Of a stretch of DNA of 36,681 nucleotides, positions 14,901 through 26,696 are shown one piece after another; positions within the stretch are counted from its first letter, which is position 1; the number at the start of each line of letters is the position of its first letter. The translations under genes were made by a program, and so were the position numbers. The notes beneath the pieces are model-generated. The model made no database searches. It was not told where the DNA came from and saw only the letters and a program-made list of their open reading frames with translations. This stretch comes from Trichoplax sp. H2 (lineage: Eukaryota), in NCBI GenBank assembly GCA_003344405.1, contig NOWV01000235.1, positions 62,001 through 98,681 on the forward strand, in the 5' to 3' direction.

Positions 14901-15991
14901 AATTGAATGTTTGATTTCGATTATTAATTATAATTGAAATATCATTACCTGCATCAATCGTCTATTAATTCATGAGTAATAAATTTGCTAGCATATGTTT
15001 AGCTAATACAAAGATCTAGCCGTTTCATCATTTAGATACAGAATAGATGGCATAGATAATTAAGGAAATTAGTTTATTTTCATTGTCATTTTTCTCTGAT
15101 TTGGATCAATACAGCCTTTTTTGGCTAAGAAACGAATTCATGACACATGTGGTGTGAATAATTTGCATGGTATGCCAGCCTTGATTGCCGCAATACTTAG
15201 CATCATTATGGCATCATTGGCCCATTTTAATCAATACAAACGAAGGCAAGTTCGTCGGGATTACAATTTTAACAATTCAATTTCTGATAGCTATATAGTG
15301 ACGAAATTTGGCTGATTTAAACCCATTAATTGATAGGACTAACTATTGATCTGTTTTAATATGATATGCCTAACAGCTTATACAGCATATTCCCTGCTCG
15401 TACTCCATTAAATCTGAACATGACTTTACCAGCTGGTGCTATAGATTTTCCTGGTGAACCTGTAACTGCAGCAGGGCAAGCTGGCTTGCAAGCTGCTGGA
15501 ATTGGAGTAACACTAGCTATCTCCATCGCATCTGGATTAATTACAGGTAGCTCTGCTTCTCTATGTTTGCATATTTATATGCATCTGCGAAAAGTCATGT
15601 GTACTTATTGATGCTATTGCATCTTCAGCGAATACAACTGTATCTTAGCATTTACCTATATACCTCCTCCATTTTCGTTAGGTTGTATCATCAGACTGTC
15701 AATATTTGATGAAGTCCGTACCGAAGATTACTATCTAGATTCTCCACATTGGGAGGTAATATGCTGAATGGTTACGGTAGTTTTCCTACATTTCTAGGGC
15801 CAATTTGGAAATACTAGTCATTATGAAAGTGGAATTCGCGTTTTTCATTCATTTACTGATCAAATAATATCTAAATAATACTAGTCTGATAACATAATGT
15901 GAAACTAATATAGATTCCTGATGAGGACGATAACATTACGGTGACCCAGGATGACCGAGGAAGCAAAATCAAAACTTCGGAAGTGGTATAA
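8976..15991 (+). CDS. Rh50: Rh-family (Rh50; RhAG/RhBG/RhCG-like) ammonium/ammonia transporter, paralog 1; 9 coding exons, ~461 aa
   Basis: Exons read from splice sites: 8976-9120, 9506-9695, 13545-13840, 14218-14381, 14493-14630, 15115-15245 (GC donor), 15377-15546, 15682-15755, 15914-15991. Total 1386 nt, with compatible phases and no internal stop. Start context gccATGG. Rh motifs: [91 protein letters not shown]. Both pore histidines and both gate phenylalanines are present. Orthology to a specific vertebrate gene cannot be assigned. Confidence 0.96.
11058..12671. repeat. 493-bp segment present three times (11058-11550, 11571-12063, 12179-12671) around two 20-N gaps in Rh paralog 1 intron 2; probable assembly/haplotype duplication
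   Basis: Copies 2 and 3 each begin at the same base (tcggctttct...) immediately after an N-run (11551-11570, 12159-12178). Copy 3 differs by C>T at 12289 and 12589 and is followed by a 75-bp insertion that is absent after copy 2. Confidence 0.92.
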
Positions 15992-18900
15992 TGATTAAAA
16001 TCCACCCTCAGTCACAACGCAAATACATAATAATATCGTATCGATTAAAGGCATTTTAGATGATTTCGCAGCCCTTTTCGTCGCCCAATAACGCCGATAC
16101 CAGAAATAGAATAACTGTCTCAAGCATCTTACAGGAATACCTCGAAGAAGAATGGGTACTGGAGATATCTAGCGCAAACTCGTTAAAGTTTACTATTGTT
16201 ATGTATTATCGGTGAACATTATGTACGCGTACTCAAGGTAGTAACTGATTATATATTATTCTTTTAATATGTTGATATTTTTGAGGAGTGATATGTGAAA
16301 GAAAGTAGTACACCTAGTTTACAAAAGCAGCTTACAGGTATTATCGTATCTCGATATTAATTTGGAAGCTATCCGAATCTTTTCAAAGTCCGATTTTTAT
16401 ATACGGAGAAAATACACTGCCAGTTTTTACATATCATGTTCAAGGTGTTACTTTAGATAAATATAGTTAGCTTGGAATTAGAAATATGGTATAAACTAGC
16501 TGCTTAAATACAGTTGAACTTTCAAATTCAGTGAAAGTGCTTATCTATTAAAAAAAAAATCAAATACATGTTAAAGATAAATGATACATGATAAAATTGG
16601 TAGGCTACATAGAGAATCTGAATTGAATACTAATATCCTGTTTGGATGATTAATTATTACTTAGAATATAAATAATATAATTGGATTAAAGGAATGAAAT
16701 AAATTTATATTTGGCAAATTTTTGACTGCTCATTCCCAATAATGTAGTGTTTGTTGACTATATAATGGTTGAAATATGATTCAATGTAATTATAGCTTCA
16801 AATTATATCCTGTAGTAATATGGTGCGGATTCCGCTATACAATAGGATTTTATAATTCTACTGCCGAAAATAACTTAGCTACTGTATAATTGAGCACTCA
16901 GGGCTTGGAGTATCGATCACATGTACATTGAAGACTATCACATTACTTTTTCTCTTTAAGAGCCACTAAATATGGTCACTATCTATAGTTTCATGTGTTT
17001 GAGTAAACCAAATCCGTTAGGTTACCAACGAGTAACAAAATCAAATCTGAGATTTAATTCTAGTCAAAAACTCTACCATCTTCCTAATCCTGTCTCCCTC
17101 TAGATAGGCTGGCATAGCCTTCAATATTTCTGTTTTATGCAGTCCTATTCTAGCATAAATTATCAATTTAAGATAATTACACTTTTTGAAGAACCATATC
17201 TAAAATCTTGATAATTAATACTTATGTTAGTCATCGTATCAGCAAATAATTACCGCAACATGAACATAACACTTTCTAAAATAGAATGGGTAAATTTGGT
17301 ATTAAGCCGTAGCTAATAGAGCATAATTGAAGGATGTTAGTATTATAAAAAATTTTGGGTAATATTTTTACTTTAGCCTAAGTGATACAGCTGTTTTTGA
17401 TTGCTTTAATAAATTGTCACTTTTAATTTAGGATTAATCCTAACGCTTGGCTAATCCCACTGTAATTAAACATAAACTGTTTCTTACTCCAATTATTCTC
17501 TCAGGTAACATGCTTAGGATAATCTTGGGTCAATTAGCTGCTGCTATAGTGTATCATGAAGTACAAAATTGGTTACTTTGACAATTATAAGATTCTAAGA
17601 ATGAATGATAAATTAATCTCTCATCCTTCAGTGGTATAAACATTATTTACTCCCTTCACTCTTCTTATGTAAATAACTTGCTTTAAGGCTACTTCATATT
17701 GTGAATTTGGCAATGCTATCTGCTAGCTAAACTTGATATTAGCAGTCTTTAAAGAGCGTTAAATCTTGAGTTGCAATAAAATCATTAGTATTTTCTTATA
17801 GCAATATTGGAGATGAAGCAGTTACATAAATTTTAACTCGTTAACAACAAGGTTTTAGCCAAATCATCCATCAAGTACGTTAATGTGCTTCAAATAGTAG
17901 ATGATATCATCCCATGATAATTCTCGAGAATTTGGTAAATACTACAGCGGTGACCCTTAAATCTATTTTTTTCCAATCCTGATTCGAATTTTGTTCAGAA
18001 TTATGAACCGAATGACCGAAGATTTTCATCACAGCGCCAATAAAAGTAGCTTACTGCTGATCTCAAACAGCATTCTGTGAATATATCAGTTCAATCAGCT
18101 CATATCTAATCTTTCTTTGCGATTAAAGTCTTTTGAGAAATCTATATTAGATGCCGTACCGTAAGCATGATTATAATTTCACTAGAGACGTACAATTTTA
18201 AAATATGTTACATTTTATAACTACTTCAGTACCAGACAGAAGAATAACGAATTCAGCTATCATTTTTATAAAAGTTATCAACATAATTACCCACTTAGTG
18301 GTCTAGTTTTAATTAAACGATAAGAATGATTTATTATTTATAAAATATGCGCATAATCCAATAATAATGGCTTGAACTACATCTGGCTCGATATTTAGCT
18401 ACAAAATAGTTTATATTAACAAAATTGATTTACGTAGTATTATCGTTACTATCAGTGAGAAATAGCTGCTGGCTAGAATTCTAGATCGACTAATAAATAG
18501 TATAGTTTTGATAAGGCGAATAATGCCTTGATTACGTGAGCATTTAAAGGCATGATCTCTAAATGTCTCTATCATCATGATAGAAACTACAAAGTAGATC
18601 AGAAAAGCAGAAAGAAATGAATTATAGATACGCGTCTAATCAGGATATATGAGCTAAAAGAATTGCTGGTGTAAATTTTCGATCGTTTTCATTCGTATTA
18701 TAAAAGTAAAATCAGTTTATGGAGATTGCAATCAAGCTATTTTACAGCTGTACAGGAATAATGAGTACAGTAAGTCTACTAGGGAAAAGAAGCATTTTAT
18801 CTTAGCATGAAAGGTAACTTTATTTCTTGAAAGCTTTGCTAATTTAACGTCTATACACTTGCTATGGATCATAATAGCTACTAAAGGTAATTAGGTGAGT

Positions 18901-19356
18901 AAGAATGTAGCGTAACTCAAGTTTGGAGTGTCTAACCATTTTTAACTAAGGATGTAATTCCACCTTAATTTTATCAGATGCCTTTTCTATCTATAACGCT
19001 GCGTAGTTTAGTTGCACAAACTTCATAGGCCGATACATAAATAGTGCAATATAGAGAATTTTACACGATGCTCAATTTGGGCATCGCTTGGTATGGACTT
19101 CTAGATTTAGAAGTCTATGCATTTGGTCAGGTTCTGTGTGAAATCCATATTCAATGTGTCTTCAATATTATCATTTTTAACAATGATTAGATTAGAAACA
19201 TATGTTACTGCACGAGAATGACAAAAGCAGAGATGAATTAGGAAACACTTTTCGGCTGGTCTACTATCGCCCTTATATCCTCATTTATTTCATCATCACG
19301 ACTCACGAGATGCACTATATTGTCAGTGATTCTACATCTATTACATTAAACTTATA

Positions 19357-19520
19357 TCAGACTCTAATCTTGATCACATCCAAATCATAGTTATCTTCGA
19401 CATTAATCAGGATGATATCCGAATCATCGTTATTTCAGACGCTAATCTTAATTACATCGTAATCATCAGCATCTTAGACCCTAATTTTAATTACATCCAA
19501 ATCGTCGTTGATTTTTGACC
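19357..19520. repeat. Degenerate 39-bp tandem repeat, ~4 copies, upstream of Rh paralog 2
   Basis: Units: cagactctaatcttgatcacatccaaatcatagttatct / tcgacattaatcaggatgatatccgaatcatcgttattt / cagacgctaatcttaattacatcgtaatcatcagcatct / tagaccctaattttaattacatccaaatcgtcgttgatt. Confidence 0.8.
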
Positions 19521-20162
19521 TTCACGTTTCCTGATGATCCCTGATTGTATTCTCCAGCAGCTGTGAGTGGCATAAGAAGTAATAGTTGTATCCAATCATG
19601 TTGTATCGCAGGTTAAGCGATAGATCAATTACCAATCATCGTCCAGAATAAGATATTATTCATCATGTTTATTATCCAAATTAATAGTTAGATCATAGTC
19701 TGTAATAAAAACTACTATCATGATACAACCAATTAAATAGCAAGGCTGACTAGTACTTTGTTCTGCCATCGAATGATTACCACGCCCCTCGATCGGCTAG
19801 CTGTTAGCATTTAGAGGCTAGTGCTTGGTGGCCAGTATGCATCTCTAACTGAACTTACTGCTAAAAGCCATATTACTTTTACAGTTCGTCCTTGAAATTA
19901 GCCCATTAGAACCGACTTTGACTGGCATTGTAGTGACGTCGGTGAAAAGTTAACAGTGCCATTGCTACAAGCGTTGCTGAGGCAAGAAATCAAGTCAAGA
20001 CTATCCGCTATTTTTCTATTAGATACAGTATTATATCTAAAATTGATTAGATAACGGAATTGTCCTACATTATCAACCTTTTAGTCGTCAATATTACTTC
20101 CACTTGCCAGGCGAACTAGTAGAATTAAGCATAAACCAACAAATTAATTAGTCTACATCATC

Positions 20163-23100
20163 ATGGGATTATTGAGCCATAAATTAGTCATTTTAATGAC
20201 TGTCTTTGAGATTGTGGCACTTATTTTATTTGCAGTCTTCGTCCAATTTGATAGTGTTGCTTTGCCAACCTCTCATGCTGAATCTTTTCATGGTGTATCT
20301 TATGCAAGTAAGTATGGTGCAGTTACAAACTAGGCAAGAAAAAGTAAAAATTAGCCTTAAATATGTCGATTATTGTCTGTCTACATTAATGCAATTAAAC
20401 ATGAATCATGACAAAATCTTCGTTCTTATATGCTGTAGAGAAGGGATGTTAAATCACATTAATGCTGATACTAAGTTGTACCGATGTCTTATAAATTAGT
20501 GAGCCCATGATTATACGTTCCATGATGCTTATATATGTAGATAACTGTTAATTTCCTTTCCTGATAAGAGCATGAATAAGATCGCTGTGATACTAATTGA
20601 CCTTGATGTACTCCTTTGTCTATATTGTATTGATAGCTATTTCTGAGGAGATCACCATAAATATGCTGCAATCCAACTTTCTTTCCTGATTTTTCGTGTT
20701 AACCTTCATTTCCATTTACTTTGCTCTATACTTATTTTAGTGTTTCAAGATATTCATGTCATGATCTTTGTTGGCTTTGGCTTCTTAATGACATTTTTAA
20801 AGAAATATTCCTTCAGTAGTGTTGGCTTTAATTTACTTTTAGCCTCTTTTGTAATCCAATGGTCAACTCTCACCCTGGGGTTCTGCCATTCTTGGTCTAA
20901 TTTTAGCCATATACTTATCGATACCGAATCGTAAGTCGATTAATGAACGAAAGATACACTATTAATATGCTCCAATAGTGAATGGCTACTGTTGCTCTTA
21001 TACGCCAATTTCACACTTGATTTAAAGCCTTGACTTTATGTACCCCATCTATGACGTTAAAATTAATGCAGATCAGTTTTACGTCTCATTTTTATCTGGC
21101 CACTTTTTCCTAAACGAACTATTTGGAAGTCACTTTTTGCAAAACTTTTTAGCAAAACCATACGCTACTTTGGATTAATTCTTAATGCTAAACTACACAG
21201 ATACATATATATTTTAACGGCATATGTTCACTAATGTTAACGTTTAAGAAGACTTATGGCTGACCTCAGCAAAGAATAACTGTTGTAATTGATTATTGTA
21301 GCCCAAAATGAAATGAGTGATCTAAAGTTATCGTTGCAAGCGTTAGATATTGCATAGTTGCAGTGAAATTGCTATGTATCATTGACTCTTTGATCGATTT
21401 CAAATTTACAGTACCGTAGAGATGAAAGTAGAATTGAGGCTTGGTGCTCAAATATCCAGTCTTAGTATTAGATTTTAATTTACGATCGATGGAGTATACT
21501 CTTATACTTGCATAGTAAATAGATCAAATTGAACCATACGGTTTCAATGAAAAAAACAATTAAATTGTGGTAGTTGGCCTGTATGGAATTGTTGTTTTAA
21601 TGCAAATTCCCTTTAGGAATTTGCTAACTTGGGCGCTGTTTTTCACCTTTAATAATTTTGTGAAAAGGTGGATGTCAATGATCAACAGTAAAAGTGATAG
21701 CGAGTTAATTGATGAACTCACAAACTAGAGTCGTTTTCTTTGCAAAGAGGCAATGATAACACCTGCAAAAAGCACATGAGATTAATTTAACGTATTAAAA
21801 ATTAGCACACCAGCAACTAAGTAACTAAGTAATACACTACTTAACTACGTAAATGTAATTAAATTCCAGCAGTACTGAGTTTTGTTCGATACAGGGACGA
21901 AGACTACTGAGACTAAGTTTAATTACGTAAAGTACGTCAGGTTAATACGTTCAGATAAATTTTTAGGAGATGGAAAATAAGAGTCGTAATTTAGTTTCTA
22001 ACAGATTTTTCTCTTATTTCAAATATCATGTTTTTATGGGATGGTATCAAGCAAATGTCCCTAAAAAATTAATTTAAAACAGATACAGCTAATATCTTAG
22101 CCGAACTTTAGCGATTTTTTTGTTAAAATTTTCCTCTCTAGTTGCTATAGAGTATTTTAAATGATTCGCTATCCATATAAATTTGATACTTATTACATTT
22201 TTACCGCTTCATTTGAAATGACAGTTTAATTGCTGCTGACATATGTGCAGCTGCAATATTGATCTCCTTTGGAGCTGTACTTGGCAAGACGTCACCTTTG
22301 CAGCTAATTGTTATGGCATTTTTCGAAGTTATATTCTATTCCATCAACGAAACTTTATGCTTACAGTATCTAAAAATTAGCGATATGGGTGGATCTATCG
22401 TTATCCATGCATTTGGAGCTTATTTCGGTTTAGCAGTTGCCTTCGTATTATATAGTAGAGATGCAATTGGTCATGCCAACGAAGGATCTTCCTATCAATC
22501 GGATATATCAGCAATGATAGGTTAGTAAAATGATGCAGCATATTTTAACTTACGATTCGATAATAAATGGTTTCCTCAAATATCAAATGCATAAAATAAG
22601 ATAAGCTATTTCTTCAATACTTATCCATCTTTGGGGATACATTTACTTTCAATGTTGATAGTCAATGAACAAAAGTACCCTTACCTATCGAATAAATTAA
22701 ATACTTAAGCCTAATCAAGAACTTTTAAGGGTGCTTTTTGTCTTAATTAAAATTATCAATAAATTTAAAGGAATTATGTAAATTGAAAGTTTTTGCTATA
22801 CAGTGCATAATTTAGATTCTAACTTGACTAAACTTGATGATCTAATTCATCGATAAATTTTAATGACCAATATGACCATAATTCCTAAAGTAAAGCAAAA
22901 CAGGTTAATCAATTCAATTGTTGAATAATACTGTAACTATTCGTTTGATGAACTTTCACGGTACTATAAATTAACGATGAAAAAAGACAATGGTTTTACG
23001 AGCGATAAAGAACTGTTAACTTCGCTTAAACAACAATAATAGGAGCTGCTGAATGTTAAATATAGACTACATTTCTTTTATATACGTATTTGTACCGTCT

Positions 23101-25268
23101 TAGTTTAATTTAATTATTAATTACATATTAACAAGTATCATATGGCTAATATATTGAAGTTTCTATATAAATTATTTTTACACCATCATAGGAGTACAAG
23201 CTATGGAATAGCTATCAGTGAAGGAATTAGGATAAATTTTAACAACAATATTTGCATACATTAAAGCGTTTTTAAAATATTAATTGTATCTAATTGCAAA
23301 AACGGTACAAATTTTCCATTATTTACTGAGGAATATTCCTTTTTTGTAGTAGTTTTTTAGATTTACTAATATTATAATAACTTAATCACACATGTTCTCT
23401 TCAGTTATTAACTTACAATTTTGATGTCTTAGGCAGTAATTTTTACTAGAATTAGTAATATAATATTTTTGACGATAGGTACCGTCTTCTTATGGATATT
23501 TTGGCCAAGTTTCAACGCCGGCTTAGCGTCAGGAGATCAACAGCAACGTGCCGTTTTCAATACTTACTTTGCATTAGCGGCATGTACTTGCACAAGCTTT
23601 GTTGTCAGCTCACTTCTTGATCGGGAAGGAAGATATCGAATGGTTAGTCCATTTTGGCAACTAATATTTTACACTAAGCCTATGCGAAAAACTCTTTAAC
23701 GATTGTACAGAGTATTATTTTAAAGATTATTCCTAAGTTACTGCATGTTCTTTAATTTTATCTAGGTTCATATACAAAATTCTACTTTAGCTGGAGGTGT
23801 TGCTGTTGGAGCCTCAGCAAATATGCTTTTACCTATCTGGCTAAGCATGCTGACCGGTATTATCGCTGGTGTTGTCAGTGTTATTGGATACGATTACATA
23901 TCAGTAAGTTAATATGTTATACTTTTAATACTGAAAGTTATAGCTACAGCAGTAAATATTTTTCAGACGAAAAAGGTTACCTCTCATGAATACCGGGATT
24001 TGCAAGGCAATTATTAGTTGTAGCTTGATAAAAGTTCTCATACACCTTCCAAAGCAATACAGTATGTCATATGTTCATGGGCTGAAGATAGATATTTCAA
24101 TTAGATATACAAGTACTGCCATTGACAAGTGATGGTTTAACGCCTATGAATATAAATTTTTGGACGAGTTATTAGGCTAGCGTATTATTTTCATTACATC
24201 TTAAGTCTACGTATGTTATGAATTTTCAAAATAAATTAGGAAAATAATAACGTTATATGTTTATATTGAAACCCTATCTTGTTTCTATAATAGTCAATTT
24301 TGATAATGGCGTATTTTATGCGAGTATCACGAGCTAGACATTGCACGGTACTAGCAATCATGATTATCTGACGAAATTGTATTGATCTTATTTCTGCATT
24401 TGCACCAATCTAGCCTTTCTTAGCAAAAAAACGAATTCATGACACTTGTGGAGTGAACAACTTGCATGGTATGCCTGCCTTGATAGCATCAGTTCTAAGT
24501 GCGATTATTGCGGCAACGGCTCATTTCAGTAGTTATGGAGAAAGGTAAATATTGTTACAGATTTTTACTGCTCGTTTAAATAAAATGATCATAACTAGTC
24601 ACTGTCGTTGATGCGACAAAATGATAATACTGTTCACTATCATATTATAATTTATAAACAGCTTGTACAGCATATTTCCCGCTCGAAAACCAGCAACTCT
24701 GAACATGACCCTTCCAGTTGGCGTAGTTGATATGCCTGGCGAGCCACTATCCGCTGGAGGACAAGCTGCTATGCAAGCTGCAGGTATTGGTGTGACCTTG
24801 GGTATCTCCATCTTATCTGGACTAATAACCGGTAATATTCGAATAAGAGCAAGCTATTATCTGTTACTGAACTTAAAAGATGCTTTAGTAGTCAAATTCT
24901 GAATCAGCACTTCTAAAGGTTATTATCCTAATTTACATGATCATTAAAATCATTTCCACTAGGTTACATTATCAAATTTTCGATATTCGATGATGTAGAT
25001 AGCCAAGATTTCCACTTAGATTCGCCACATTGGGAGGTAACAATAAAGCGTTAACATTTTCGGTTAAAAATCGGAATCTATAATAAACATATACCAATGG
25101 TTGCATTTATATTTGAAACTTCCCTATCTAACTAACTTCAAATGCTTTTGAAAATGAAATAACTAACGGCATAATATTTAATCTTAGGTTCCAGATTCCG
25201 AAGACGCTGCTAGCATGACGCAGTATCGCCTCAAAGATACGGTCAAGTCCGTTGAAGTGACAGTTTAA
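20163..25268 (+). CDS. Rh50: Rh-family (Rh50-like) ammonium/ammonia transporter, paralog 2; 9 coding exons, ~462 aa
   Basis: Exons: 20163-20307, 20741-20930, 22225-22520, 23479-23642, 23766-23903, 24414-24544, 24662-24831, 24963-25036, 25188-25268. Total 1389 nt, all introns GT-AG. Exons 1-8 have the same lengths as in paralog 1 (145/190/296/164/138/131/170/74). Same Rh motifs, including WPSFN and both pore histidines. Confidence 0.96.
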
Positions 25269-25983
25269 GCTTACAATTTCATGTGAGTATTAGATACATT
25301 TAGTTAAGGTATTTGGCTTTAGCATATAATCTACTACCACCATTTGAAACTGTATATAAAACACGTTGAAAACGTATTAAGCATTTCGCCAACGACGCAT
25401 GCTTTGATCTTGATTAGTATGTAGCATTAAACAGCGTGCATGTAGAATTATACTTTAGCCCTAATTTCAGTGCACCAATGTTGTAACTTTAAAGAGTTGT
25501 TAATTTACTGAAGAGTATAAATTACTAGTATTACGTAATAGTTTACATGATCATTCACGCTTACAATATTCTTAATTGAAGATTAACGTACATTTATCGC
25601 ATTATGTTGACTATCATTTATAGGTGGATTCTATCAAGTCCAGGATTTCTTTACAGAACATGTTCAAATGCGTACGTAGATGATGGATCAATTTTTACAA
25701 ATTGTGAGCGTTCATAGACAATGAAATATGGTAGAATCTGCTTGAAATTAGGGTTTAAATAAATGACTGGTTGATAATATATTATGCATAACAGGGATTA
25801 CAACATCTGATTTAGTCCCGCTGCTACTTGACGCATTGTAGGATAAGCTATTTAATTGATAGGGTTTTTTATAAAATGAAAGTAGATAATATAATTAAAT
25901 TCGTTAAATATATTTTGCATATTGATTAATGCATTACCTATAATCATACTGTAGCAAAAGATACAACCGGGTGATCGATAGCT

Positions 25984-25999
25984 CAATAAAATTTTATTG
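25984..25999. terminator. Candidate bidirectional polyadenylation signal (palindrome CAATAAAATTTTATTG)
   Basis: AATAAA on + (25985-25990) and on - (25998-25993), about 700 nt from each of the two convergent stop codons. Other hexamers exist (+ 25758-25763; - 26021-26016). Confidence 0.4.
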
Positions 26000-26360
26000 T
26001 CTGCAATATATTGATTTTATTTCGTATAAGACTTAGCTAGAAGGAATTCAGTCTATAAATATATTAAGTCCATCGGTGATATTAGCTTACGTAAAATATA
26101 AACTTCTAAAATTGATATTTGTAATCTTACGGTAGAAATCAAGTTGAGGCTGAGTGTTATATTCCATCGCTCCGCCGAATCTATGGATACACCTGATTTG
26201 AGTGACGTTCCGTAATACATATGTACGCCAAACATTATTAATACATTTCTTCAATAGTGATAAATTCTAATGCAGTACATTATAAACTGTTTATAAAAAG
26301 AGTACAATATCAATGTAAAGACACAACTAAATAGTGATATAAATAAAACTATCAAACATG

Positions 26361-26378
26361 AATAATAATAATAATAAT
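26361..26378. repeat. (AAT)6 microsatellite in the probable AMPD 3' UTR
   Basis: aataataataataataat. Confidence 0.7.
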
Positions 26379-26696
26379 GTGAGATTAAATGGGTATATTG
26401 ACTGTTTTTGATATGTGATGAGTCATTTGTCCGTTAATTGAAAACTATAAGGGATAGTAAACAATAAGTAGCAACCACATATAATTAGTATGGGATAAGT
26501 ACTACTTTTGAAATCGACTTTGGTCAGCCATCAATGATAGTATAGTTACGATATAATTTAAAGGATCAAGAAATTGCCGTTACCGATTATAAAGACCATA
26601 ATGAAAAATGTTCTTAAGGTAAAAAAACCACTTCCCGTTGCACATATTTTTAGTAGCTAAAGTAACAAACTGAATTAATATGCAATAGATTTAACA

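Noticed and set aside
15115..15315. Rh paralog 1 as a pseudogene, because exon 6 lacks an in-phase GT donor and runs into a stop
   Set aside because: A consensus GC donor at the homologous position restores the frame, and all downstream exons are intact and conserved.
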